Source of the DNA: Roseibacillus sp.
GTDB taxonomy: Bacteria; Verrucomicrobiota; Verrucomicrobiia; Verrucomicrobiales; Akkermansiaceae
Assembly: GCA_965242925.1 (NCBI GenBank)
Contig: CBDEUM010000022.1
Coordinates: forward strand, 64,001-128,000
Length of the DNA: 64,000 nt
Reading direction: 5' to 3'
The stretch's first letter is position 1; each line of letters starts with the position of its first letter. The notes under the pieces were generated by a model. It saw only the letters and a program-made list of their open reading frames with translations. It searched no databases and had not been told where the DNA came from. Of the stretch, positions 1-10,600 are shown piece after piece. The translations under genes were made by a program, and so were the position numbers.

Positions 1-1205
1 TCTACGGCCAGGCTGAACGGGGGGCCATCTACTATACGCTGGGTATCACCGAGCACATCTGCGGCGTCGACAACGTCAAGAGCCTCTGCAACCTGGCACT
101 CATGACCGGCCACATTGGCCGGGAAGGCACCGGTATCAACCCCATGCGTGGGCAGAACAACATCCAGGGCGCCGGGGACTGCGGAGCCATCCCCAACAAC
201 TACCCTGGCTTCCAACCGGTGGATGATCCCGCCCATCAGGACAAATTCGAACGCCTGTGGGGAACCAGGGTCGACCTCGAACGCGGCATGACCAAGGTCA
301 CCGCCCTCGAACGGTGCGGGGAGAGCGTCTTTGGAATGGTGATCAATGGAGAGAATACGCTCCTGAGCGATCCCGATCGCGCCCACTGCCAGCACGCCCT
401 GGAGAGCCTGGACCACCTCATCGTCATTGACCTCTTCCTCACCGAGACCGCCAAGCTGGCCCACGTGGTCCTGCCCGCAACGGCGTGGGCGGAGACCGAC
501 GGCGTCTGCACCAACACCGAACGACGGGTCCAGAGGCTGCGCGCTGCCGTTCCAGCCCAGGGCGAGGCCATGCCGGACTGGTGGATCATCACTCAGATCG
601 CGAAACGGCTCGGCTTCGAGGGCTTCGATTACGAATCGGCAGAGGACGTGTTCAACGAGCTGTGCCAGGTCTCGCCACTCTACAACGGCCTCGACTGGGA
701 CCGTATCGACAATAGTGAATATCACTGGCCGGTGCCCGACAAGGACCACCCCGGGACACCACGCCTGCACGAGGATGGTTTCGTGAACGGGCGCGGTATC
801 TTCTCGTGCACCACCTACCGGGACCCGGCCGAGACCATCAACGACGAATATCCCCTCTGGCTCACCACGGGGCGGCGCCTGCAAAGCTACCACACCCATA
901 CCCAGACCGGTCGCGCCGGCGGGATGGAATACTTCCTTCCCGGTGAGTCCCTGGAGATTCATCCCGACGACGTCACCCGCCTCGGTCTCACCGACGGCGA
1001 AGCGTGTCGTATGTCGAGCCCCCGCGGAACCGTCGACATCATCGTGAAGGCGACGACCAAGTCTCCCCCGGGCACGGTCTTCACGAGCTTCAGCTTCGAG
1101 GACACCCCCGTGAACGCCCTGACCGGATCGGGCTACGACCCAACGACGCACACGGCGGAGCTCAAGGTGTGTCCGGTCCGCGTCGAACCCATCGCGGCCG
1201 GGTGA
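1..1205 (+). CDS. fdhF: Formate dehydrogenase alpha subunit (FdhF-like molybdopterin oxidoreductase), 5'-truncated by the window edge
   Basis: The frame is open from position 3 (YGQAERGAIYYTLGITEHICGVDNVKSLCNLALMTG). It carries the motifs NPMRGQNNIQGAGDCGA, DLFLTETAKLAHVVLPA and TNTERRVQ, and a C-terminal molydopterin-binding domain (LTTGR...ELKVCPVRVE). Confidence 0.88.
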   Translation, partial: YGQAERGAIYYTLGITEHICGVDNVKSLCNLALMTGHIGREGTGINPMRGQNNIQGAGDCGAIPNNYPGFQPVDDPAHQDKFERLWGTRVDLERGMTKVTALERCGESVFGMVINGENTLLSDPDRAHCQHALESLDHLIVIDLFLTETAKLAHVVLPATAWAETDGVCTNTERRVQRLRAAVPAQGEAMPDWWIITQIAKRLGFEGFDYESAEDVFNELCQVSPLYNGLDWDRIDNSEYHWPVPDKDHPGTPRLHEDGFVNGRGIFSCTTYRDPAETINDEYPLWLTTGRRLQSYHTHTQTGRAGGMEYFLPGESLEIHPDDVTRLGLTDGEACRMSSPRGTVDIIVKATTKSPPGTVFTSFSFEDTPVNALTGSGYDPTTHTAELKVCPVRVEPIAAG

Positions 1206-1224
1206 GTCCCGGCCCCGGGAACGC

Positions 1225-3069
1225 TCAGTTGAGGGTAATCTTGCGGGGATCGCTGCCGACCTTGGCCTTCTTCAGGATGACGGTGTCAGCCGCATCTTTC
1301 CCGGCCTTGACGATGAACGCCTTCCCCTTCGGCGCACCCGGGGTGAACGTTTTCCCGTTGGCGCGCACCGTGTAAAGAATATCACTGGTGGTCGCATCTA
1401 CGAGTTGGACCACGGGATCTTCCACGTCAAAGGTCAGTTCTCCGAGCTCTCCCCAGGCCGGGGGATCATAGTTATCGAACTGGGAGATGGTCCGGGGCCA
1501 TCCCGGATATTGTTTGGTCGCAGGATTGGTGATGTCGACATTGCGCGGCCAGCATTCCATCGTGATCTCACGCTTTTTCGTATTGAGACGCACGATCCCG
1601 AAACCAGCTGATCGTGTATTGAGGATATTGCCGGCCGGTTTCTTCTCAGGATTGGCGGCGGCATAGTTGGTCACCTTGTTGTGAAACCCGTCCAGATGAT
1701 CGCCGGTATACCCGGGCGCTCCCGCTTCGCGGTTGGCCCCGGGCTTGAGGGGTTCCCACCAGCGCAGGTAGAGATTGGCGATGGAGGGGACACAGAAGGA
1801 CCAGATCGCATCGCGGTAGTCATCGAGGCCCTGGTGGAAGATGGTGGCGAGATGCTGGTCCCCGGCGCAGTGGAAGGCAAATCCCTTGCGCAAAGCCCCG
1901 AGGGCGCGGCTCCGGCCGGACTGGGGCCAGCCGTTGGAATCCATGTCGGCATGGAGTCTCCCGTTGGCGCCCCCGTGAATGTGCGCTCCTCCGCAGAAGA
2001 TGGTGGCCGAAAGGGCGACCTTCATATCGGCGTGCCGCCAGTCCTGGGCCCACTGGTCGAGGAACTTGAGCTGGCGCTTGCCGAGCAGGACGGCCCCTTC
2101 GACGTCCACGCTGTCGGGATCGTACTCGGGATTGCGGATATGATCTGGCCTTGGTCCCTGCTTGGGAACCCGGCCGGCCGGACCGGTCTTGAACTTGCGA
2201 TCTTCCAGAATGGCAAAATCGACGTTGCCCCAGTTGAGATTGGTGAACCAGACCCCTATCCCCTGGCCAATCTTGTGTGGGTCCGCAGGATCGGGAAAGT
2301 GACTGGTCTGCGCACGCTCAACCTCCTGGACGTAGACCCCGGGCCGGGAGTAGCCGCCGTCGGAAGCGCCACCCAGGGTCGAGATCTTGCCGCTTTCACC
2401 CCAGAGGTTCGGCTGGCCGGCGTCATGGTCATCGGGCAGGCAGAGGGTCGGCCGGTCCCTGATGATCTCACCGAAATCGCGGCCGAACTTGAGCCAGGCG
2501 GCGTAGTGCCTGTGGTGGTCGTAGACCTGGTCCCCCGAGAAGAAGAGGACGTCGGCATCGATCTTCTTCACGTTCGCGATGATGTCTTCACGGGAGATAT
2601 CGCCCCCGTGCGCGGGATGGATGGAGTTCCCGGTGAAAGCGGCCATGACGATTTCGTCCCTGTCCACCGGATTCCTGCGGATCGTTCCTCCGTAAGCAGC
2701 CCCGGCCTCGTGGGTCACGCGATACTTGTGTGCCTTGGAGTCATCCCAGTTTTCAACCCGGAAGGGAGCAGTCCAGCCCTTCTCGATTGCCTTGGTCCTC
2801 GCTACTTCAACCCACTTCCCCTCCTTTTCGACCTCAAGACGCACCGTCCTGCTGTCGCCCGCGGCAAGGGGGTAGAGCTGGGCCGTCAGTTTGAGGATCT
2901 TGTCGTGAACAGTATAAAGGGCGAAGCAGATGAGATCCTTTTTCGCCACTTCCGGGATAGTCAGGACGGCGCGACCCTTCCTCTTCTTCTGATTCTTCTG
3001 CTGGGAGACGGCGACACCGGCGACGAGAAGCGCGGCGCCGCAGATGATGAGCCATTTCTGGAGCTTCAT
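1225..3069 (-). CDS. Secreted PhoD-like (alkaline phosphatase D family) metallophosphatase
   Basis: Signal peptide; metal-ligand motifs FSGDQVY, LPDDHDAGQPNLWG, DMDSNGWPQ and AGDQH; AAGGAA RBS upstream. Confidence 0.75.
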   Translation of the reverse strand: MKLQKWLIICGAALLVAGVAVSQQKNQKKRKGRAVLTIPEVAKKDLICFALYTVHDKILKLTAQLYPLAAGDSRTVRLEVEKEGKWVEVARTKAIEKGWTAPFRVENWDDSKAHKYRVTHEAGAAYGGTIRRNPVDRDEIVMAAFTGNSIHPAHGGDISREDIIANVKKIDADVLFFSGDQVYDHHRHYAAWLKFGRDFGEIIRDRPTLCLPDDHDAGQPNLWGESGKISTLGGASDGGYSRPGVYVQEVERAQTSHFPDPADPHKIGQGIGVWFTNLNWGNVDFAILEDRKFKTGPAGRVPKQGPRPDHIRNPEYDPDSVDVEGAVLLGKRQLKFLDQWAQDWRHADMKVALSATIFCGGAHIHGGANGRLHADMDSNGWPQSGRSRALGALRKGFAFHCAGDQHLATIFHQGLDDYRDAIWSFCVPSIANLYLRWWEPLKPGANREAGAPGYTGDHLDGFHNKVTNYAAANPEKKPAGNILNTRSAGFGIVRLNTKKREITMECWPRNVDITNPATKQYPGWPRTISQFDNYDPPAWGELGELTFDVEDPVVQLVDATTSDILYTVRANGKTFTPGAPKGKAFIVKAGKDAADTVILKKAKVGSDPRKITLN

Positions 3070-3100
3070 GGGGTTCCTTGGTAGCTGTTGGATTTATCGG

Positions 3101-4027
3101 TTAAACGGCACGATCACCAGACCGCACGTTCGCGGCGTCGGCTGACTCTGGCGTGGATTCGGGTAGTGAGGCAAGGGTTTCAGTCTGCCGTGACGGACGC
3201 CAGAGGACAAAAAGATACAGGGGAATCAGGAAATGCGGGGCGCGGAGCACTGCTTCGTGGAGAAATTGGTCAGCTCCCCAGTAGTTCAGGCCCAGGGACA
3301 TCCCGGCGACCGGACGGGCCATGGCGGTCAGGAATCCCCAGATCGCAGCATAGAGGGCGCAGGCACGACGGAGGGTGGGTATGCAAATCCCGAGGCAGAC
3401 CACGAAGTCGAGGATCCCGGCAATCCGGAGGATGCTCCGGGCTGTTTCGAATTCCACCTCGAGAATGACCGAGATCATGGCCGGGAAACTCGCGGGCATG
3501 GGCCAGAGATCCAGCGCATAGAAGCCGTGCCCGGCAAAGGTTGCTACCAGTGCAACAATAGCCGTGACAACAGTAACTTTATGGCGCGCGCCCAGCGCAA
3601 GCGCCATGACTAGAAGGACCGGGATGAGGATCTGGCCCCCGTACTCAATCAACATCGGGAGTTGGCGCTGGGCGGCGAGATACTGGGTGTAAGCTACAAT
3701 CGCGAGCAGACCGCTGCCCCCTGCCAGCGCTGCCATCTGGATCCACGATTTCCTTCGAACCGTGATGGCAAGGATCGTGCAGCCAAGGTAGAGCCAACCA
3801 ATCCAGGCGATCCATTTCTGGATCAGGCCATCATCCGCCCCCGTGCCGACAAAGGTATCCCAACTGACACCGAGTCTTTCTGCAAATGCGTAGGTCGCGT
3901 CTTGCCAGAGGAGAATACCATAAGGACCCTCCCAGTAGAAATGAACCCAGGTCCAGCCGGCAAAACAGAGGAAGGTGCCGAGGCGAAGCAAGAAAATGGG
4001 ATTACTGTCGGGCTTCGGTTTGTTCAC
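3101..4027 (-). CDS. Multi-pass membrane protein, function unknown
   Basis: 308-aa ORF with about 8 hydrophobic segments and a TFAGHG motif; GTG start. Confidence 0.7.
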   Translation of the reverse strand: MNKPKPDSNPIFLLRLGTFLCFAGWTWVHFYWEGPYGILLWQDATYAFAERLGVSWDTFVGTGADDGLIQKWIAWIGWLYLGCTILAITVRRKSWIQMAALAGGSGLLAIVAYTQYLAAQRQLPMLIEYGGQILIPVLLVMALALGARHKVTVVTAIVALVATFAGHGFYALDLWPMPASFPAMISVILEVEFETARSILRIAGILDFVVCLGICIPTLRRACALYAAIWGFLTAMARPVAGMSLGLNYWGADQFLHEAVLRAPHFLIPLYLFVLWRPSRQTETLASLPESTPESADAANVRSGDRAV

Positions 4028-4242
4028 GGTTCTACCCGGGGCAAACCTCTACCTTACTCATTACCTTTCCGTAATCAGAAAAACCCCGGGAGGGCAAAAA
4101 AGAGAAGCCCCTTGCGACGAGAATAGAAATATACGATCCGTCCTGCCAGGGACGATGATCCCCATAGAGAAAAAGCAATCCGAATTTAGTCAAAATGATG
4201 GACTACTCCTCTCATTTGCGCTGTGTTTCCGCGGTCCTGATC

Positions 4243-5571
4243 ATGAGTATTCACCCTGCCTTCCTCCTTGCTGTGCTCCTCCCTGCCACTCTTGGCGCCC
4301 ATCCCGGACACAAACTGCGCCACTGGGAGCAGGCCAGCCCCGATCCCGACCGCATCATCCTGACCTGGACGGGAGACCCCTCAACCACCCAGGCTGTAAC
4401 CTGGCGCACAGACACTTCCATCAAAGAGGCGGCCGCAGAAATTGCACTCGCTCTCCCCAAGGCCCGTTTCGACGAGGGTGCGAAAAGCTTCAAGGCGCGG
4501 ACGGAGGAACTGGAGCTTTCAGATCCCGCCAAGGTCGTTGTGCATTACCACTCAGTAGACTTTTCCGGGCTCAAGCCCGACACGCTGTACGCCTACCGAG
4601 TTGGCAGCGGGGACCGGTGGAGCGAGTGGATTCAGTTTCGCACTGCCAAGGCCAAGCCCGAACCCTTCTCCTTCCTCTACTTCGGCGACGCCCAGAACTC
4701 GATTCTTTCCTTCTGGTCCCGCATCATCCGCGCCGCCTACAAGAAAGCCCCCCACGCCGCCTTCTCCATCCACGCGGGCGACCTTGTGAATTCCGCCCAC
4801 AAGGACCGGGAGTGGGCCGAGTGGTTCAAGGCCGGAGGATGGATTCACTCCTCAGTCCCTTCCATCCCCGTCTCCGGGAATCACGAATACTCCGGCCTCA
4901 AGATCAACGGGAAGGACAAGGGCAATCAACTCGCCATCCAGTGGCGCTCGCAGTTCACCCTTCCGGAAGCAGCCGGCCTCCCCGCCTCCCTCGCCGAAAC
5001 CGTCTACACCCTCGACTACCAGGGAGTGCGGATCATCGCCCTGAACTCCAACCGCGAGGTGGAGGCCCAGGCCAAGTGGCTTGATACCGTGCTGGCGAAG
5101 AATCCGTGTAAATGGACCGTTGTGACCATGCACCATCCCATGTTCTCGTCCGGATCGGGACGGGACAACGCCAAGAACCGGAAGGCCCTCAAGCCCGTCA
5201 TCGACAAGTATCAGGTCGACCTCCTCCTGCAGGGGCATGATCACACCTACGCCCGTGGGCACACCCCCCTGCGGATGGCCGACACCAAGAGCAACCAGAT
5301 CAAGTCCCTCTATGTCAACTCGGTCAGTGGGCCGAAGATGTACCAGTTCCGCAAGGACGGCTGGAACACCTACAAGCCCGAGGGCGTCCTTCTCGACCGC
5401 AAGGCCATCAACACACCGTTCTTCCAGGTGATCGACGTGGAGGGCGAGTGGCTGACCTACCGCGCCTTCATGGCTAATGGGGATCTCTACGACGCGGTCC
5501 GGCTGCGGAAGCTCGCCGACGGCAGCAAGGAGCTGCACCCCTGGAAGGAAGACCTGGGAGACGAACGGTAG
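4243..5571 (+). CDS. Purple acid phosphatase-like metallophosphoesterase with an N-terminal FN3-like domain
   Basis: Signal peptide from ATG 4243; calcineurin-like motifs FGDAQ, HAGDLV, SGNHE, HHP and QGHDHTY; FN3-like segment LKPDTLYAYRVG. Confidence 0.85.
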   Translation: MSIHPAFLLAVLLPATLGAHPGHKLRHWEQASPDPDRIILTWTGDPSTTQAVTWRTDTSIKEAAAEIALALPKARFDEGAKSFKARTEELELSDPAKVVVHYHSVDFSGLKPDTLYAYRVGSGDRWSEWIQFRTAKAKPEPFSFLYFGDAQNSILSFWSRIIRAAYKKAPHAAFSIHAGDLVNSAHKDREWAEWFKAGGWIHSSVPSIPVSGNHEYSGLKINGKDKGNQLAIQWRSQFTLPEAAGLPASLAETVYTLDYQGVRIIALNSNREVEAQAKWLDTVLAKNPCKWTVVTMHHPMFSSGSGRDNAKNRKALKPVIDKYQVDLLLQGHDHTYARGHTPLRMADTKSNQIKSLYVNSVSGPKMYQFRKDGWNTYKPEGVLLDRKAINTPFFQVIDVEGEWLTYRAFMANGDLYDAVRLRKLADGSKELHPWKEDLGDER

Positions 5572-5610
5572 ATCCCGGAATCGGCCTCCATGAAAGACGC
5601 TGGAGCGCCT

Positions 5611-6693
5611 TCACTTGTCCTTGAGAAGTTCAACCATGGCCTTGCCCATGCCCAGCCCCACGTTCATGTAAGTCTTGGCGTTTCCCCCGTAGTGACCGTT
5701 GGAGGCTCCGCCCATGGAGAGCGGATGCGTATAGACCACGGTGACTTCTCCCTTATGGGCCTCGCCAAAGGCAACCATCCCATCGATGATCATTTTCTCA
5801 TTACCAGAGGCAGTGTCCTTGTTGGTCTGCCCAAGCGTGGCAACGACCATCTTGGCCTTGGGCGCGTTGAATTCCTTGCGGAGAGCTTTGAAGAGCTGGG
5901 TGAGATTCTTTTCATACATGGCCGCATGGGCTGCGTTGTAGCGGTCCTTGTCTCCCTGCCACCAGAGGAAGCCCGCCACCTCAGAACCCTTGCCTCCGGG
6001 ATAGTGCTTTTCAAGATCCTTGAGCACGGCTTTGGCCCGGGCCACATCGCCGGCGTATTGCAGGCCCGCATGCCAGTTATGCTTGGGAGGCTCGGGCACC
6101 TCGCCCTTCGTCCAACTCGGATACCGAACCTCATCGTTATAGGCCGGGGTCACCAGGGTCACCTTCTTCCCCGCCTTATCGGTCGTCTCGACTTCATGCC
6201 TCGGGCTGCCGGGAGGAAGGAGGTCCCAACCAAGTGAACGATTGCCGATGGAGCTCTTGAGAATGAGGACCGGTTCATCGAGCGCGTTACCCAGATGATG
6301 ACCGATACCAATCTCGATGCCAATCTTGCCGCCGGAAACAGTCAGCCAGTCATTACGACGGACTCCGCCCCGCCCCCCCGGACCGCCGCTGCCCTGCGTG
6401 TGAACGTTGCGCACGTCCTGGCGCTTGGTCCAGTTGCCCTCGTCATCCACCATGAACGGGTAAAGGTTTTCCTTCTGAACAGCGTGTTCAAGGGTGCCCT
6501 CCTTGTCGCCCTTGACCCTCCCCATCTCGAGCGTGTTTGACTGGCCCATGATGATGAAGACCTTGACCGGCTTATTTATATCGGCCGGTTTGCCGTCCGG
6601 ATCAGGCAACTCCCTGGCTGAGATCGGATAGGCCGAGGCCGTCAACAGGGCGAAAACAGACAGCGGTTGAATGAGATTCTTCTTTAGTTTCAT
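5611..6693 (-). CDS. Sialate O-acetylesterase / SASA (SGNH) family carbohydrate esterase
   Basis: Signal peptide; GQSN block (FIIMGQSNT), WWQGDKD and C-terminal SNGHY. Confidence 0.8.
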   Translation of the reverse strand: MKLKKNLIQPLSVFALLTASAYPISARELPDPDGKPADINKPVKVFIIMGQSNTLEMGRVKGDKEGTLEHAVQKENLYPFMVDDEGNWTKRQDVRNVHTQGSGGPGGRGGVRRNDWLTVSGGKIGIEIGIGHHLGNALDEPVLILKSSIGNRSLGWDLLPPGSPRHEVETTDKAGKKVTLVTPAYNDEVRYPSWTKGEVPEPPKHNWHAGLQYAGDVARAKAVLKDLEKHYPGGKGSEVAGFLWWQGDKDRYNAAHAAMYEKNLTQLFKALRKEFNAPKAKMVVATLGQTNKDTASGNEKMIIDGMVAFGEAHKGEVTVVYTHPLSMGGASNGHYGGNAKTYMNVGLGMGKAMVELLKDK

Positions 6694-6837
6694 GATTCTT
6701 TTTATTTCTAGCGCGAATGATGCCCTTTGCTCGATCGCTGAAACAGATTGCCCCGATCAGCCCAGGTCAACAAAGACAGAGAATCGTTCTTTTGCGTTTT
6801 TTTGATGCCTATTTGCGACACTCCAGATAGGGCCCCT

Positions 6838-7425
6838 TCATCTTGTCTTCTCTGTGTTTCGTAGATTTGAAAACACGTCCCCTGTGGGCTTGACCGGCAA
6901 AGTGCCCTGCCATTGGGCCAGCATCTTCCTGAGTTGGTTTGTCTTGCCCGGATGTTTCGCTTTGAGATCGGTCTTCCCCAACGGGTCAGCGATCAGGTCA
7001 TCGAGTTCGGCATGTTTGGCATCCTGGTTCGTCTCCAGTTTCCAGTTCTCACTGACCACCGCATAGGACACCCTGTGGTCGGGCTTGGATTTCCGGGCCG
7101 GCCATGGGGCCACCGTCTTCCAGAAAAGCGGTTTTTTTCGCCGTGCTGTGCCCTTGCCTTTGAGAGTCGCCACCTGGCTGATTCCATCAGGCTGATACGA
7201 TGCTGGAAGTGGACTCCCGCAATCTCGCAAAAGGCAGGCAGGAGATCCACTGCTGAAACAATGGAGGCCCTGTCGACCTTTCCGATCCCGCATTCCTGCG
7301 CCAGGGCAATCACCTCATTTTCCTGCTCCCCCAGTGAGGATGGCCCGATCCACGTAGTCCTGTTCTACTCCAAATGAGGGAAGGGCCAGGCCAAGCATGA
7401 ACAAGCTCAGCAGTTTCGTTTTCAT
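6838..7425 (-). pseudogene. Degraded chimeric relic: signal-peptide N-terminus joined to a sulfatase C-terminal fragment
   Basis: ATG 7425 reads MKTKLLSLFMLGLALPSFG... and stops after 36 codons unless frameshifted at the G5 run near 7330. SAVDLLPAFCEIAGV and PDGISQ...PLFWK...WKL...ELDDLIADP are sulfatase C-terminal motifs in two different frames. No CxPxR catalytic motif is present. Confidence 0.65.
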
Positions 7426-7519
7426 TCTGATTCGCATCTTATCTTCGATTGGCATCCTTGTTGAATCATTTTAACCAGTTACCTTTGGGCATACAGAAAC
7501 TCCAGACGCAAGAATCTTG

Positions 7520-7539
7520 GGACTTTTTGACAAAAGTCC
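7520..7539. promoter_or_regulatory. Perfect 8-bp inverted repeat GGACTTTT-tgac-AAAAGTCC, candidate operator
   Basis: Seen directly in the AT-richer divergent intergenic region, about 40 bp upstream of a putative -35 box. Confidence 0.35.
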
Positions 7540-7580
7540 TGTTCCGGTTGATCGCCAGCCGTGACGCTCCGGAAATACGC

Positions 7581-7610
7581 TTGCCCTCGAAACTACTGCC
7601 TCCATACGAT
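7581..7610 (+). promoter_or_regulatory. Putative sigma70-type promoter TTGCCC-N18-TACGAT for the giant CotH gene
   Basis: Near-consensus hexamers, with the -10 about 75 bp before ATG 7686. The same TTGCCC -35 recurs upstream of two other genes. Confidence 0.4.
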
Positions 7611-7685
7611 GAAGCGCCCGAAAAGCATCACCCCATAACGATCACTGGCAAGGTTCCCGGTCAACGCGAACCGACTCCCCCGCCC

Positions 7686-10600
7686 ATGCAACAGTTCGCC
7701 GCCCTGCGCCTGCCCCAGCGCCGCGCTTCCTCCCTCTTCCCGGTTGCGCTCCTCGCACTCATCCTGCCGGTCGTAGCCGATCCCGTCATCAACGAGATCT
7801 TCTATCACGAGGATCATGGAATCAATCCGGAGAACCTGTTGACGGAATGGATCGAACTGCACAATCCCACTCCGGCCGCCCTCGACCTCTCCAACTGGAC
7901 TCTCAGTCGCGGCGTGTCCTATGCCTTTCCGCCCGGGACCAGCCTCCCTGCCAACGGCTATCTTGTGGTGGCGGCCGACACCCCGGCCTTTAATGCCGCC
8001 CACCCCGGGATCGACAACGGAACCAACGTCTTTGGCCCATGGATCGGGCGTCTCCAGAATTCAGGTGAAACCATTGAACTTGAGGATGCCGCCGGGAGAC
8101 GGGCTGACCGGGTGCACTTTGCCGATGAGGGCGACTGGGCCATCAGAGCCCGTGGTCCCCTTGACAATGGTCACCAGGGCTGGACCTGGTTGGCCACCCA
8201 CGATGGAGGCGGATCATCCCTTGAACTGATCAACCCGGCCCTCTCCAACAAACGGGGGCAGAACTGGGCCTCCAGTGCGGTCGCGGGAGGCTCGCCAGGA
8301 GCAGTGAACTCGGTTGCCTCCGGCACTGGGGCGCCCCTGATCCTGAACGTCCGGCACGATCCTGTCATTCCGCGTTCCAGCGACACGGTGGTGATCAGCG
8401 CCGAACTGGAACACGCCACCATCACCGGATCCGCCACTCTCCACTGGCGGGTGGACGACCAGGAGAGCTGGTCCTCCCAGGATCTCGTAGACAATGGCAG
8501 GGGTGAACTGAACTCGGAAATCCCCGGACATCCCGACGGCACCGTCATCGAGTTCTACCTCTCGACCTCCAACGGCGTCGCTGAACGCACCTGGCCCGGC
8601 CCGGTCCAGCCGAGTGGAGAACAGGAAGCCAATGCCCTGATCCAATTCGACAACTCCTACGATCCAACCGCTCCCTGGGTGCCCGGTGCCCAGCCGAAGT
8701 ACCGCATCATCATGACGGAAGACGAACGTGCCGAACTGGCTGACATCGGCGATAACAACGAGTCACCCCGGAACGAGGAGGACAGCAACGCGGAAATGAA
8801 CTGCACCTTCATCGTCGAGGACGGCACAGGCCTCGCGCTGCGCTACCTCTCCAGTGTCCGTAACCGCGGGGCCAGCTCCCGCAATCCCCCCCCCAACAAT
8901 TTCCTCGTCAAGTTTCGCAGTGATGAAGACTGGAACGGCCAGCCTTCCATCAAGTTCAATGCCCGGTATCCCCATTCCCAGGTCTTTGGGAGCTGGTACT
9001 TCCGACATGGCGGGGTGGAAACAGCCAATGCCTCCGCCGCGCTGCTGCGGATCAACGGTGAGGATCTCGCCCGGAGCGGATCCAACATGTACGGTTCTTA
9101 TGCACGGTTGGAGAGCTTCGGCAGCGCATACACCGAAAATCACTGGCCCCTGGACCCGGACGGCAACTTCTACCAGGTGCGGGACGATGAGGATGCCAAC
9201 GAGGAGGGGGATCTCCGCTACGAGGGGGCCGACCCGGATAGCTACCGCAACACCTACTTCAAGAAGACCAACCAGAGCGAGGATGACTGGAGTGACCTCA
9301 TCGCCCTGACCAATGCCCTGAACAATGCCCCGGAGGAAACCTACCTGCAGGAGGTCGGTCAGGTCCTCAATATCGACCAGTGGCTCACTTACTTCGCCCT
9401 CGACACCCTTGCCGGCAACCGGGAAGGAGGGTTGATCACCTCCAAGGGAGACGACTATGGACTCTACCGCGGCGTGAAGGATCCGCGCTTCCTCCTCGTT
9501 CCTCACGACCTCGACACGGTGTTCAACCTGGGAAGCATCACCGTGGACACCAACAGGTCCCTCTGGAGTTTTGACGACCTGCCGGGGCTGACCAGGTTTT
9601 TCCAGAACGACGAAATCGTTTATCGTTACTACGCCAGGTTGCTGGAACTCCTTAACGGAGCATTCGACCCCGCCATCCTGCACCCGATGATCGACGAACT
9701 GCTCGACGACTGGGTATCGGAAGACGAAATCGAGGATGCCGGGGACTGGGTCACTGGACGACTGGATGGTGCGCGCAACCGGATTCCCGACAGCTTCTCC
9801 GCCGACTGCACCCTGCCATTGGATGACGGATTTTTCCGGACTACCGACGGAACGGCGCAATTCAGTGGTGAATTCCGGGCCGGCCGGGTCCTCTCCGTCC
9901 TGCTCAATGGTGTGGAAGCAAACCGAACCCAGCGATCCGGGGCCTGGCAATTTGAGGTGAACCCCGGGGACACCTTCTTCAATCCGGGACTCAACCGGGT
10001 TGTCGTGCAGTGTTTCAGTGGACCCGCTGGCACTGGATCCGTAATCGATCAGACCTTCCTCGACGTCTGGAATGATACCGGCACCACCACTGATGTTTCA
10101 GGCACCCTGATCGGGGAAATTCCCGTCGGGAGCCTCAAGATCGTCACCCGGGATTCCTATCTTCCGTCCCATCCCATTCTGGTCCGGCTTGAGTTCCGTG
10201 ATCCCGACGGAAGTTTCAACCGGAACCTCTGGGAGACCACCGCCACCCTGACCAGTGATGTCCAGGGGGTCACCCTCACGCCTGACACGGTCACCATCCG
10301 CAACGGACTGGGCTCGGCCCTGGTGAAGATTGCAGGAGGCGCGGGTGGCATTCAGACCAATCTGATCAATACCGGCGAGATCTGGAACTACCTCGACAAC
10401 GGATCGGACCAGGGAACCAGCTGGCGTGACCAGGAATTCAACGATGACTCCTGGAGGAGCGGACCTGCGGAACTCGGTTACGGAGACAACGACGAGGCCA
10501 CCGAAGTGCGGTTCGGTTCCGACGAAGACAACGACCGGAACGACGAGGACAACAAGTACATCACAACCTACTTCCGGAAGGATTTCACCATCGCCGACGC

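Noticed and set aside
1207..1220. Small GC hairpin TCCCGG-CC-CCGGGA between convergent genes
   Set aside because: The stem is short and has no U-tract on either strand, so it is not supportable as an intrinsic terminator.
4112..4137. TTGCGA...TACGAT promoter-like pair upstream of the phosphoesterase
   Set aside because: The spacer is only 14 nt, outside the normal sigma70 range.
7449..7685. N-terminal extensions in the ORF track (7449; also 19796, 24512, 37673, 53410, 63610)
   Set aside because: Signal peptides, family N-termini or promoter motifs fit the downstream ATGs better, and several extensions overlap neighbouring genes.
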